Positions 1 through 11,600 of a DNA stretch of 64,000 nucleotides are shown here, piece by piece (the stretch's first letter is position 1; each line of letters opens with the position of its first letter). Location of the stretch: NCBI GenBank assembly GCA_964057225.1, contig OZ059894.1:23994001-24058000 (forward strand), given 5' to 3'. The notes beneath the pieces are model-generated. The model searched no databases, was not told the origin of the DNA, and was given only the letters and a program-made list of their open reading frames with translations. The stretch is from Auanema rhodensis (taxonomy: Eukaryota > Animalia > Nematoda). Made by a program: the position numbers and the translations under genes.

Positions 1-14
1 TTATTGATATTGGT

Positions 15-29
15 GCATGGTAACCATGA
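15..29. other. Dyad 1 of each monomer (first copy shown): CATGGT-A-ACCATG, extended to TCATGGT-A-ACCATGA in T15 monomers; contains a BstEII site GGTNACC
   Basis: CATGGT (p16-21) is the reverse complement of ACCATG (p23-28). T15 pairs with A29. Confidence 0.9.
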
Positions 30-31
30 CT

Positions 32-53
32 TTGAAATTTACGTGAACTTTAA
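32..53. other. Dyad 2 of each monomer (first copy shown): 22-bp imperfect palindrome TTGAAATT[T/C]ACGTGAACTT[T/C]AA centred on ACGT
   Basis: Symmetric about p42/43. 8 of 11 pairs match in the T40/T51 form, 9 of 11 with C51, and 10 of 11 with C40 plus C51. Confidence 0.85.
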
Positions 54-68
54 TTTATGCTAATTAAA

Positions 69-86
69 TGTACACGTGATGTGCAC
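69..86. other. Dyad 3 of each monomer (first copy shown): overlapping palindromes TGTACA, CACGTG (E-box/G-box) and GTGCAC
   Basis: TGTACA is at p69-74, CACGTG at p73-78 and GTGCAC at p81-86. TGTACA (69-74) and TGTGCA (80-85) also form a 6-bp stem with one G.T pair. Confidence 0.85.
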
Positions 87-102
87 TTGGTATGTAACTC
101 GC

Positions 103-112
103 TTCACGTGAA
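103..112. other. Dyad 4 of each monomer (first copy shown): perfect 10-bp palindrome TTCACGTGAA with an E-box core
   Basis: TTCACGTGAA is its own reverse complement. Confidence 0.9.
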
Positions 113-352
113 AGATAAAGAGATGCGGTTTTCAAAATTAGATTCCCCATGTCCATATTAGTCTAAAAACAAATTTTTATTGATATTGGTTCATGGTAAC
201 CATGACTTTGAAATTTACGTGAACTTTAATTTATGCTAATTAAATGTACACGTGATGTGCACTTGGTATGTAACTCGCTTCACGTGAAAGATAAAGAGAT
301 GCGGTTTTCAAAATTAGATTCCCCATGTCCATATTAGTCTAAAAACAAATTT

Positions 353-2640
353 TTATTGATATTGGTGCATGGTAACCATGACTTTGAAATTTACGTGAAC
401 TTTAATTTATGCTAATTAAATGTACACGTGATGTGCACTTGGTATGTAACTCGCTTCACGTGAAAGATAAAAAGATGCGGTTTTCAAAATTAAATTTCCC
501 ATGTCCATATTAGTCTAAAAACAAATTTTTATTGATATTGGTGCATGGTAACCATGACTTTGAAATTTACGTGAACTTTAATTTATGCTAATTAAATGTA
601 CACGTGATGTGCACTTGGTATGTAACTCGCTTCACGTGAAAGATAAAGAGATGCGGTTTTCAAAATTAGATTCCCCATGTCCATATTAGTCTAAAAACAA
701 ATTTTTATTGATATTGGTTCATGGTAACCATGACTTTGAAATTTACGTGAACTTTAATTTATGCTAATTAAATGTACACGTGATGTGCACTTGGTATGTA
801 ACTCGCTTCACGTGAAAGATAAAGAGATGCGGTTTTCAAAATTAGATTTCCCATGTCCATATTAGTCTAAAAACAAATTTTTATTGATATTGGTGCATGG
901 TAACCATGACTTTGAAATTTACGTGAACTTTAATTTATGCTAATTAAATGTACACGTGATGTGCACTTGGTATGTAACTCGCTTCACGTGAAAGATAAAG
1001 AGATGCGGTTTTCAAAATTAGATTCCCCATGTCCATATTAGTCTAAAAACAAATTTTTATTGATATTGGTGCATGGTAACCATGACTTTGAAATTTACGT
1101 GAACTTTAATTTATGCTAATTAAATGTACACGTGATGTGCACTTGGTATGTAACTCGCTTCACGTGAAAGATAAAGAGATACGGTTTTCAAAATTAGATT
1201 CCCCATGTCCATATTAGTCTAAAAACAAATTTTTATTGATATTGGTGCATGGTAACCATGACTTTGAAATTTACGTGAACTTTAATTTATGCTAATTAAA
1301 TGTACACGTGATGTGCACTTGGTATGTAACTCGCTTCACGTGAAAGATAAAGAGATGCGGTTTTCAAAATTAGATTCCCCATGTCCATATTAGTCTAAAA
1401 ACAAATTTTTATTGATATTGGTTCATGGTAACCATGACTTTGAAATTTACGTGAACTTTAATTTATGCTAATTAAATGTACACGTGATGTGCACTTGGTA
1501 TGTAACTCGCTTCACGTGTGAGATAAAGAGATGCGGTTTTCAAAATTAGATTCCCCATGTCCATATTAGTCTAAAAACAAATTTTTATTGATATTGGTGC
1601 ATGGTAACCATGACTTTGAAATTTACGTGAACTTTAATTTATGCTAATTAAATGTACACGTGATGTGCACTTGGTATGTAACTCGCTTCACGTGAAAGAT
1701 AAAGAGATGCGGTTTTCAAAATTAGATTCCCCATGTCCATATTAGTCTAAAAACAAATTTTTATTGATATTGGTTCATGGTAACCATGACTTTGAAATTT
1801 ACGTGAACTTTAATTTATGCTAATTAAATGTACACGTGATGTGCACTTGGTATGTAACTCGCTTCACGTGGAAGATAAAGAGATGCGGTTTTCAAAATTA
1901 GATTCCCCATGTCCATATTAGTCTAAAAACAAATTTTTATTGATATTGGTTCATGGTAACCATGACTTTGAAATTTACGTGAACTTCAATTTATGCTAAT
2001 TAAATGTACACGTGATGTGCACTTGGTATGTAACTCGCTTCACGTGAAAGATAAAGAGATGCGGTTTTCAAAATTAGATTCCCCATGTCCATATTAGTTT
2101 AAAAACAAATTTTTATTGATATTGGTTCATGGTAACCATGACTTTGAAATTTACGTGAACTTCAATTTATGCTAATTAAATGTACACGTGATGTGCACTT
2201 GGTATGTAACTCGCTTCACGTGAAAGATAAAGAGATGCGGTTTTCAAAATTAGATTCCCCATGTCCATATTAGTCTAAAAACAACTTTTTATTGATATTG
2301 GTTCATGGTAACCATGACTTTGAAATTTACGTGAACTTCAATTTATGCTAATTAAATGTACACGTGATGTGCACTTGGTATGTAACTCGCTTCACGTGAA
2401 AGATAAAGAGATGCGGTTTTCAAAATTAGATTCCCCATGTCCATATTAGTCTAATAACAAATTTTTATTGATATTGGTTCATGGTAACCATGACTTTGAA
2501 ATTTACGTGAACTTCAATTTATGCTAATTAAATGTACACGTGATGTGCACTTGGTATGTAACTCGCTTCACGTGAAAGATAAAGAGATGCGGTTTTCAAA
2601 ATTAGATTCCCCATGTCCATATTAGTCTAAAAACAAATTT
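353..2640. repeat. Recurrent higher-order cassette of about 13-14 monomers (first copy, M3-M15)
   Basis: Ordered markers: 120A+141A+145T, plain, 145T, plain, 125A, plain, 111-112TG, plain, 111G, 163T, 173C, 167T. The same order recurs at 6865-9328, 14081-15840 (truncated), 32561-35024 and 39777-42240. Confidence 0.85.
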
Positions 2641-5600
2641 TTATTGATATTGGTTCATGGTAACCATGACTTTGAAATTTACGTGAACTTCAATTTATGC
2701 TAATTAAATGTACACGTGATGTGCACTTGGTATGTAACTCGCTTCACGTGAAAGATAAAGAGATGCGGTTTTCAAAATTAAATTTCCCATGTCCATATTA
2801 GTCTAAAAACAAATTTTTATTGATATTGGTGGATGGTAACCATGACTTTGAAATTTACGTGAACTTTAATTTATGCTAATTAAATGTACACGTGATGTGC
2901 ACTTGGTATGTAACTCGCTTCACGTGAAAGATAAAGAGATGCGGTTTTCAAAATTAGATTCCCCATGTCCATATTAGTCTAAAAACAAATTTTTATTGAT
3001 ATTGGTTCATGGTAACCATGACTTTGAAATTTACGTGAACTTTAATTTATGCTAATTAAATGTACACGTGATGTGCACTTGGTATGTAACTCGCTTCACG
3101 TGAAAGATAAAGAGATGCGGTTTTCAAAATTAGATTCCCCATGTCCATATTAGTCTAAAAACAAATTTTTATTGATATTGGTGCATGGTAACCATGACTT
3201 TGAAATTTACGTGAACTTTAATTTATGCTAATTAAATGTACACGTGATGTGCACTTGGTATGTAACTCGCTTCACGTGAAAGATAAAGAGATGCGGTTTT
3301 CAAAATTAGATTCCCCATGTCCATATTAGTCTAAAAACAAATTTTTATTGATATTGGTGCATGGTAACCATGACTTTGAAATTTACGTGAACTTTAATTT
3401 ATGCTAATTAAATGTACACGTGATGTGCACTTGGTATGTAACTCGCTTCACGTGAAAGATAAAGAGATGCGGTTTTCAAAATTAGATTCCCCATGTCCAT
3501 ATTAGTATAAAAACAAATTTTTATTGATATTGGTTCATGGTAACCATGACTTTGAAATTTACGTGAACTTTAATTTATGCTAATTAAATGTACACGTGAT
3601 GTGCACTTGGTATGTAACTCGCTTCACGTGAAAGATAAAGAGATGCGGTTTTCAAAATTAGATTCCCCATGTCCATATTAGTCTAAAAACAAATTTTTAT
3701 TGATATTGGTTCATGGTAACCATGACTTTGAAATTTACGTGAACTTCAATTTATGCTAATTAAATGTACACGTGATGTGCACTTGGTATGTAACTCGCTT
3801 CACGTGAAAGATAAAGAGATGCGGTTTTCAAAATTAGATTCCCCATGTCCATATTAGTTTAAAAACAAATTTTTATTGATATTGGTTCATGGTAACCATG
3901 ACTTTGAAATTTACGTGAACTTCAATTTATGCTAATTAAATGTACACGTGATGTGCACTTGGTATGTAACTCGCTTCACGTGAAAGATAAAGAGATGCGG
4001 TTTTCAAAATTAGATTCCCCATGTCCATATTAGTCTAAAAACAAATTTTTATTGATATTGGTGCATGGTAACCATGACTTTGAAATTTACGTGAACTTTA
4101 ATTTATGCTAATTAAATGTACACGTGATGTGCACTTGGTATGTAACTCGCTTCACGTGAAAGATAAAAAGATGCGGTTTTCAAAATTAAATTTCCCATGT
4201 CCATATTAGTCTAAAAACAAATTTTTATTGATATTGGTGCATGGTAACCATGACTTTGAAATTTACGTGAACTTTAATTTATGCTAATTAAATGTACACG
4301 TGATGTGCACTTGGTATGTAACTCGCTTCACGTGAAAGATAAAGAGATGCGGTTTTCAAAATTAGATTCCCCATGTCCATATTAGTCTAAAAACAAATTT
4401 TTATTGATATTGGTTCATGGTAACCATGACTTTGAAATTTACGTGAACTTTAATTTATGCTAATTAAATGTACACGTGATGTGCACTTGGTATGTAACTC
4501 GCTTCACGTGAAAGATAAAGAGATGCGGTTTTCAAAATTAGATTCCCCATGTCCATATTAGTCTAAAAACAAATTTTTATTGATATTGGTGCATGGTAAC
4601 CATGACTTTGAAATTTACGTGAACTTTAATTTATGCTAATTAAATGTACACGTGATGTGCACTTGGTATGTAACTCGCTTCACGTGAAAGATAAAAAGAT
4701 GCGGTTTTCAAAATTAAATTTCCCATGTCCATATTAGTCTAAAAACAAATTTTTATTGATATTGGTGCATGGTAACCATGACTTTGAAATTTACGTGAAC
4801 TTTAATTTATGCTAATTAAATGTACACGTGATGTGCACTTGGTATGTAACTCGCTTCACGTGAAAGATAAAGAGATGCGGTTTTCAAAATTAGATTCCCC
4901 ATGTCCATATTAGTCTAAAAACGAATTTTTATTGATATTGGTTCATGGTAACCATGACTTTGAAATTTACGTGAACTTTAATTTATGCTAATTAAATGTA
5001 CACGTGATGTGCACTTGGTATGTAACTCGCTTCACGTGAAAGATAAAGAGATGCGGTTTTCAAAATTAGATTCCCCATGTCCATATTAGTCTAAAAACAA
5101 ATTTTTATTGATATTGGTGCATGGTAACCATGACTTTGAAATTTACGTGAACTTTAATTTATGCTAATTAAATGTACACGTGATGTGCCCTTGGTATGTA
5201 ACTCGCTTCACGTGAAAGATAAAGAGATGCGGTTTTCAAAATTAGATTCCCCATGTCCATATTAGTCTAAAAACAAATTTTTATTGATATTGGTGCATGG
5301 TAACCATGACTTTGAAATTTACGTGAACTTTAATTTATGCTAATTAAATGTACACGTGATGTGCACTTGGTATGTAACTCGCTTCACGTGAAAGATAAAG
5401 AGATGCGGTTTTCAAAATTAGATTCCCCATGTCCATATTAGTCTAAAAACAAATTTTTATTGATATTGGTTCATGGTAACCATGACTTTGAAATTTACGT
5501 GAACTTTAATTTATGCTAATTAAATGTACACGTGATGTGCACTTGGTATGTAACTCGCTTCACGTGAAAGATAAAGAGATGCGGTTTTCAAAATTAGATT

Positions 5601-8600
5601 CCCCATGTCCATATTAGTCTAAAAACAAATTTTTATTGATATTGGTGCATGGTAACCATGACTTTGAAATTTACGTGAACTTTAATTTATGCTAATTAAA
5701 TGTACACGTGATGTGCACTTGGTATGTAACTCGCTTCACGTGAAAGATAAAAAGATGCGGTTTTCAAAATTAAATTTCCCATGTCCATATTAGTCTAAAA
5801 ACAAATTTTTATTGATATTGGTGCATGGTAACCATGACTTTGAAATTTACGTGAACTTTAATTTATGCTAATTAAATGTACACGTGATGTGCACTTGGTA
5901 TGTAACTCGCTTCACGTGAAAGATAAAGAGATGCGGTTTTCAAAATTAGATTCCCCATGTCCATATTAGTCTAAAAACAAATTTTTATTGATATTGGTTC
6001 ATGGTAACCATGACTTTGAAATTTACGTGAACTTTAATTTATGCTAATTAAATGTACACGTGATGTGCACTTGGTATGTAACTCGCTTCACGTGAAAGAT
6101 AAAGAGATGCGGTTTTCAAAATTAGATTTCCCATGTCCATATTAGTCTAAAAACAAATTTTTATTGATATTGGTGCATGGTAACCATGACTTTGAAATTT
6201 ACGTGAACTTTAATTTATGCTAATTAAATGTACACGTGATGTGCACTTGGTATGTAACTCGCTTCACGTGAAAGATAAAGAGATGCGGTTTTCAAAATTA
6301 GATTCCCCATGTCCATATTAGTCTAAAAACAAATTTTTATTGATATTGGTGCATGGTAACCATGACTTTGAAATTTACGTGAACTTTAATTTATGCTAAT
6401 TAAATGTACACGTGATGTGCACTTGGTATGTAACTCGCTTCACGTGAAAGATAAAGAGATACGGTTTTCAAAATTAGATTCCCCATGTCCATATTAGTCT
6501 AAAAACAAATTTTTATTGATATTGGTGCATGGTAACCATGACTTTGAAATTTACGTGAACTTTAATTTATGCTAATTAAATGTACACGTGATGTGCACTT
6601 GGTATGTAACTCGCTTCACGTGAAAGATAAAGAGATGCGGTTTTCAAAATTAGATTCCCCATGTCCATATTAGTCGAAAAACAAATTTTTATTGATATTG
6701 GTGCATGGTAACCATGACTTTGAAATTTACGTGAACTTTAATTTATGCTAATTAAATGTACACGTGATGTGCACTTGGTATGTAACTCGCTTCACGTGAA
6801 AGATAAAGAGATGCGGTTTTCAAAATTAGATTCCCCATGTCCATATTAGTCTAAAAACAAATTTTTATTGATATTGGTGCATGGTAACCATGACTTTGAA
6901 ATTTACGTGAACTTTAATTTATGCTAATTAAATGTACACGTGATGTGCACTTGGTATGTAACTCGCTTCACGTGAAAGATAAAAAGATGCGGTTTTCAAA
7001 ATTAAATTTCCCATGTCCATATTAGTCTAAAAACAAATTTTTATTGATATTGGTGCATGGTAACCATGACTTTGAAATTTACGTGAACTTTAATTTATGC
7101 TAATTAAATGTACACGTGATGTGCACTTGGTATGTAACTCGCTTCACGTGAAAGATAAAGAGATGCGGTTTTCAAAATTAGATTCCCCATGTCCATATTA
7201 GTCTAAAAACAAATTTTTATTGATATTGGTTCATGGTAACCATGACTTTGAAATTTACGTGAACTTTAATTTATGCTAATTAAATGTACACGTGATGTGC
7301 ACTTGGTATGTAACTCGCTTCACGTGAAAGATAAAGAGATGCGGTTTTCAAAATTAGATTTCCCATGTCCATATTAGTCTAAAAACAAATTTTTATTGAT
7401 ATTGGTGCATGGTAACCATGACTTTGAAATTTACGTGAACTTTAATTTATGCTAATTAAATGTACACGTGATGTGCACTTGGTATGTAACTCGCTTCACG
7501 TGAAAGATAAAGAGATGCGGTTTTCAAAATTAGATTCCCCATGTCCATATTAGTCTAAAAACAAATTTTTATTGATATTGGTGCATGGTAACCATGACTT
7601 TGAAATTTACGTGAACTTTAATTTATGCTAATTAAATGTACACGTGATGTGCACTTGGTATGTAACTCGCTTCACGTGAAAGATAAAGAGATACGGTTTT
7701 CAAAATTAGATTCCCCATGTCCATATTAGTCTAAAAACAAATTTTTATTGATATTGGTGCATGGTAACCATGACTTTGAAATTTACGTGAACTTTAATTT
7801 ATGCTAATTAAATGTACACGTGATGTGCACTTGGTATGTAACTCGCTTCACGTGAAAGATAAAGAGATGCGGTTTTCAAAATTAGATTCCCCATGTCCAT
7901 ATTAGTCTAAAAACAAATTTTTATTGATATTGGTTCATGGTAACCATGACTTTGAAATTTACGTGAACTTTAATTTATGCTAATTAAATGTACACGTGAT
8001 GTGCACTTGGTATGTAACTCGCTTCACGTGTGAGATAAAGAGATGCGGTTTTCAAAATTAGATTCCCCATGTCCATATTAGTCTAAAAACAAATTTTTAT
8101 TGATATTGGTGCATGGTAACCATGACTTTGAAATTTACGTGAACTTTAATTTATGCTAATTAAATGTACACGTGATGTGCACTTGGTATGTAACTCGCTT
8201 CACGTGAAAGATAAAGAGATGCGGTTTTCAAAATTAGATTCCCCATGTCCATATTAGTCTAAAAACAAATTTTTATTGATATTGGTTCATGGTAACCATG
8301 ACTTTGAAATTTACGTGAACTTTAATTTATGCTAATTAAATGTACACGTGATGTGCACTTGGTATGTAACTCGCTTCACGTGGAAGATAAAGAGATGCGG
8401 TTTTCAAAATTAGATTCCCCATGTCCATATTAGTCTAAAAACAAATTTTTATTGATATTGGTTCATGGTAACCATGACTTTGAAATTTACGTGAACTTCA
8501 ATTTATGCTAATTAAATGTACACGTGATGTGCACTTGGTATGTAACTCGCTTCACGTGAAAGATAAAGAGATGCGGTTTTCAAAATTAGATTCCCCATGT

Positions 8601-11600
8601 CCATATTAGTTTAAAAACAAATTTTTATTGATATTGGTTCATGGTAACCATGACTTTGAAATTTACGTGAACTTCAATTTATGCTAATTAAATGTACACG
8701 TGATGTGCACTTGGTATGTAACTCGCTTCACGTGAAAGATAAAGAGATGCGGTTTTCAAAATTAGATTCCCCATGTCCATATTAGTCTAAAAACAACTTT
8801 TTATTGATATTGGTTCATGGTAACCATGACTTTGAAATTTACGTGAACTTCAATTTATGCTAATTAAATGTACACGTGATGTGCACTTGGTATGTAACTC
8901 GCTTCACGTGAAAGATAAAGAGATGCGGTTTTCAAAATTAGATTCCCCATGTCCATATTAGTCTAATAACAAATTTTTATTGATATTGGTTCATGGTAAC
9001 CATGACTTTGAAATTTACGTGAACTTCAATTTATGCTAATTAAATGTACACGTGATGTGCACTTGGTATGTAACTCGCTTCACGTGAAAGATAAAGAGAT
9101 GCGGTTTTCAAAATTAGATTCCCCATGTCCATATTAGTCTAAAAACAAATTTTTATTGATATTGGTTCATGGTAACCATGACTTTGAAATTTACGTGAAC
9201 TTCAATTTATGCTAATTAAATGTACACGTGATGTGCACTTGGTATGTAACTCGCTTCACGTGAAAGATAAAAAGATGCGGTTTTCAAAATTAGATTCCCC
9301 ATGTCCATATTAGTCTAAAAACAAATTTTTATTGATATTGGTGCATGGTAACCATGACTTTGAAATTTACGTGAACTTTAATTTATGCTAATTAAATGTA
9401 CACGTGATGTGCACTTGGTATGTAACTCGCTTCACGTGAAAGATAAAGAGATGCGGTTTTCAAAATTAGATTCCCCATGTCCATATTAGTCTAAAAACAA
9501 ATTTTTATTGATATTGGTTCATGGTAACCATGACTTTGAAATTTACGTGAACTTTAATTTATGCTAATTAAATGTACACGTGATGTGCACTTGGTATGTA
9601 ACTCGCTTCACGTGAAAGATAAAGAGATGCGGTTTTCAAAATTAGATTCCCCATGTCCATATTAGTCTAAACACAAATTTTTATTGATATTGGTTCATGG
9701 TAACCATGACTTTGAAATTTACGTGAACTTCAATTTATGCTAATTAAATGTACACGTGATGTGCACTTGGTATGTAACTCGCTTCACGTGAAAGATAAAG
9801 AGATGCGGTTTCCAAAATTAGATTCCCCATGTCCATATTAGTCTAAAAACAAATTTTTATTGATATTGGTGCATGGTAACCATGACTTTGAAATTTACGT
9901 GAACTTTAATTTATGCTAATTAAATGTACACGTGATGTGCACTTGGTATGTAACTCGCTTCACGTGAAAGATAAAGAGATGCGGTTTTCAAAATTAGATT
10001 CCCCATGTCCATATTAGTCTAAAAACAAATTTTTATTGATATTGGTTCATGGTAACCATGACTTTGAAATTTACGTGAACTTTAATTTATGCTAATTAAA
10101 TGTACACGTGATGTGCACTTGGTATGTAACTCGCTTAACGTGAAAGATAAAGAGATGCGGTTTTCAAAATTAGATTCCCCATGTCCATATTAGTCTAAAC
10201 ACAAATTTTTATTGATATTGGTTCATGGTAACCATGACTTTGAAATTTACGTGAACTTTAATTTATGCTAATTAAATGTACACGTGATGTGCACTTGGTA
10301 TGTAACTCGCTTCACGTGTGAGATAAAGAGATGCGGTTTTCAAAATTAGATTCCCCATGTCCATATTAGTCTAAAAACAAATTTTTATTGATATTGGTGC
10401 ATGGTAACCATGACTTTGAAATTTACGTGAACTTTAATTTATGCTAATTAAATGTACACGTGATGTGCACTTGGTATGTAACTCGCTTCACGTGAAAGAT
10501 AAAGAGATGCGGTTTTCAAAATTAGATTCCCCATGTCCATATTAGTCTAAAAACAAATTTTTATTGATATTGGTTCATGGTAACCATGACTTTGAAATTT
10601 ACGTGAACTTCAATTTATGCTAATTAAATGTACACGTGATGTGCACTTGGTATGTAACTCGCTTCACGTGAAAGATAAAGAGATGCGGTTTTCAAAATTA
10701 GATTCCCCATGTCCATATTAGTTTAAAAACAAATTTTTATTGATATTGGTTCATGGTAACCATGACTTTGAAATTTACGTGAACTTCAATTTATGCTAAT
10801 TAAATGTACACGTGATGTGCACTTGGTATGTAACTCGCTTCACGTGAAAGATAAAGAGATGCGGTTTTCAAAATTAGATTCCCCATGTCCATATTAGTCT
10901 AAAAACAACTTTTTATTGATATTGGTTCATGGTAACCATGACTTTGAAATTTACGTGAACTTCAATTTATGCTAATTAAATGTACACGTGATGTGCACTT
11001 GGTATGTAACTCGCTTCACGTGAAAGATAAAGAGATGCGGTTTTCAAAATTAGATTCCCCATGTCCATATTAGTCTAATAACAAATTTTTATTGATATTG
11101 GTTCATGGTAACCATGACTTTGAAATTTACGTGAACTTCAATTTATGCTAATTAAATGTACACGTGATGTGCACTTGGTATGTAACTCGCTTCACGTGAA
11201 AGATAAAGAGATGCGGTTTTCAAAATTAGATTCCCCATGTCCATATTAGTCTAAAAACAAATTTTTATTGATATTGGTTCATGGTAACCATGACTTTGAA
11301 ATTTACGTGAACTTCAATTTATGCTAATTAAATGTACACGTGATGTGCACTTGGTATGTAACTCGCTTCACGTGAAAGATAAAAAGATGCGGTTTTCAAA
11401 ATTAGATTCCCCATGTCCATATTAGTCTAAAAACAAATTTTTATTGATATTGGTGCATGGTAACCATGACTTTGAAATTTACGTGAACTTTAATTTATGC
11501 TAATTAAATGTACACGTGATGTGCACTTGGTATGTAACTCGCTTCACGTGAAAGATAAAGAGATGCGGTTTTCAAAATTAGATTCCCCATGTCCATATTA

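Noticed and set aside
11-33. RFX X-box-like motif around CATGGTAACCATG
   Set aside because: Only half-sites match (ATGGTAAC, GTAACCAT). A full X-box of the GTTGCCATGGCAAC type is absent.
57-66. Octamer-like ATGCTAAT and homeodomain TAATTA sites
   Set aside because: Short AT-rich motifs are expected by chance in 68% AT sequence, and there is no promoter or gene context.
1-176. Identity with Brassica CentBr (176 bp), Arabidopsis CEN178 or alpha satellite
   Set aside because: Only the length is similar. I see no sequence resemblance to those consensuses as I recall them. A database search is needed to assign a family.
1-176. Tandem 5S rRNA, tRNA, snRNA or spliced-leader gene unit, or a MITE
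   Set aside because: No recognisable RNA gene sequence or Pol III A/B/C boxes, and no terminal inverted repeats with target-site duplications.
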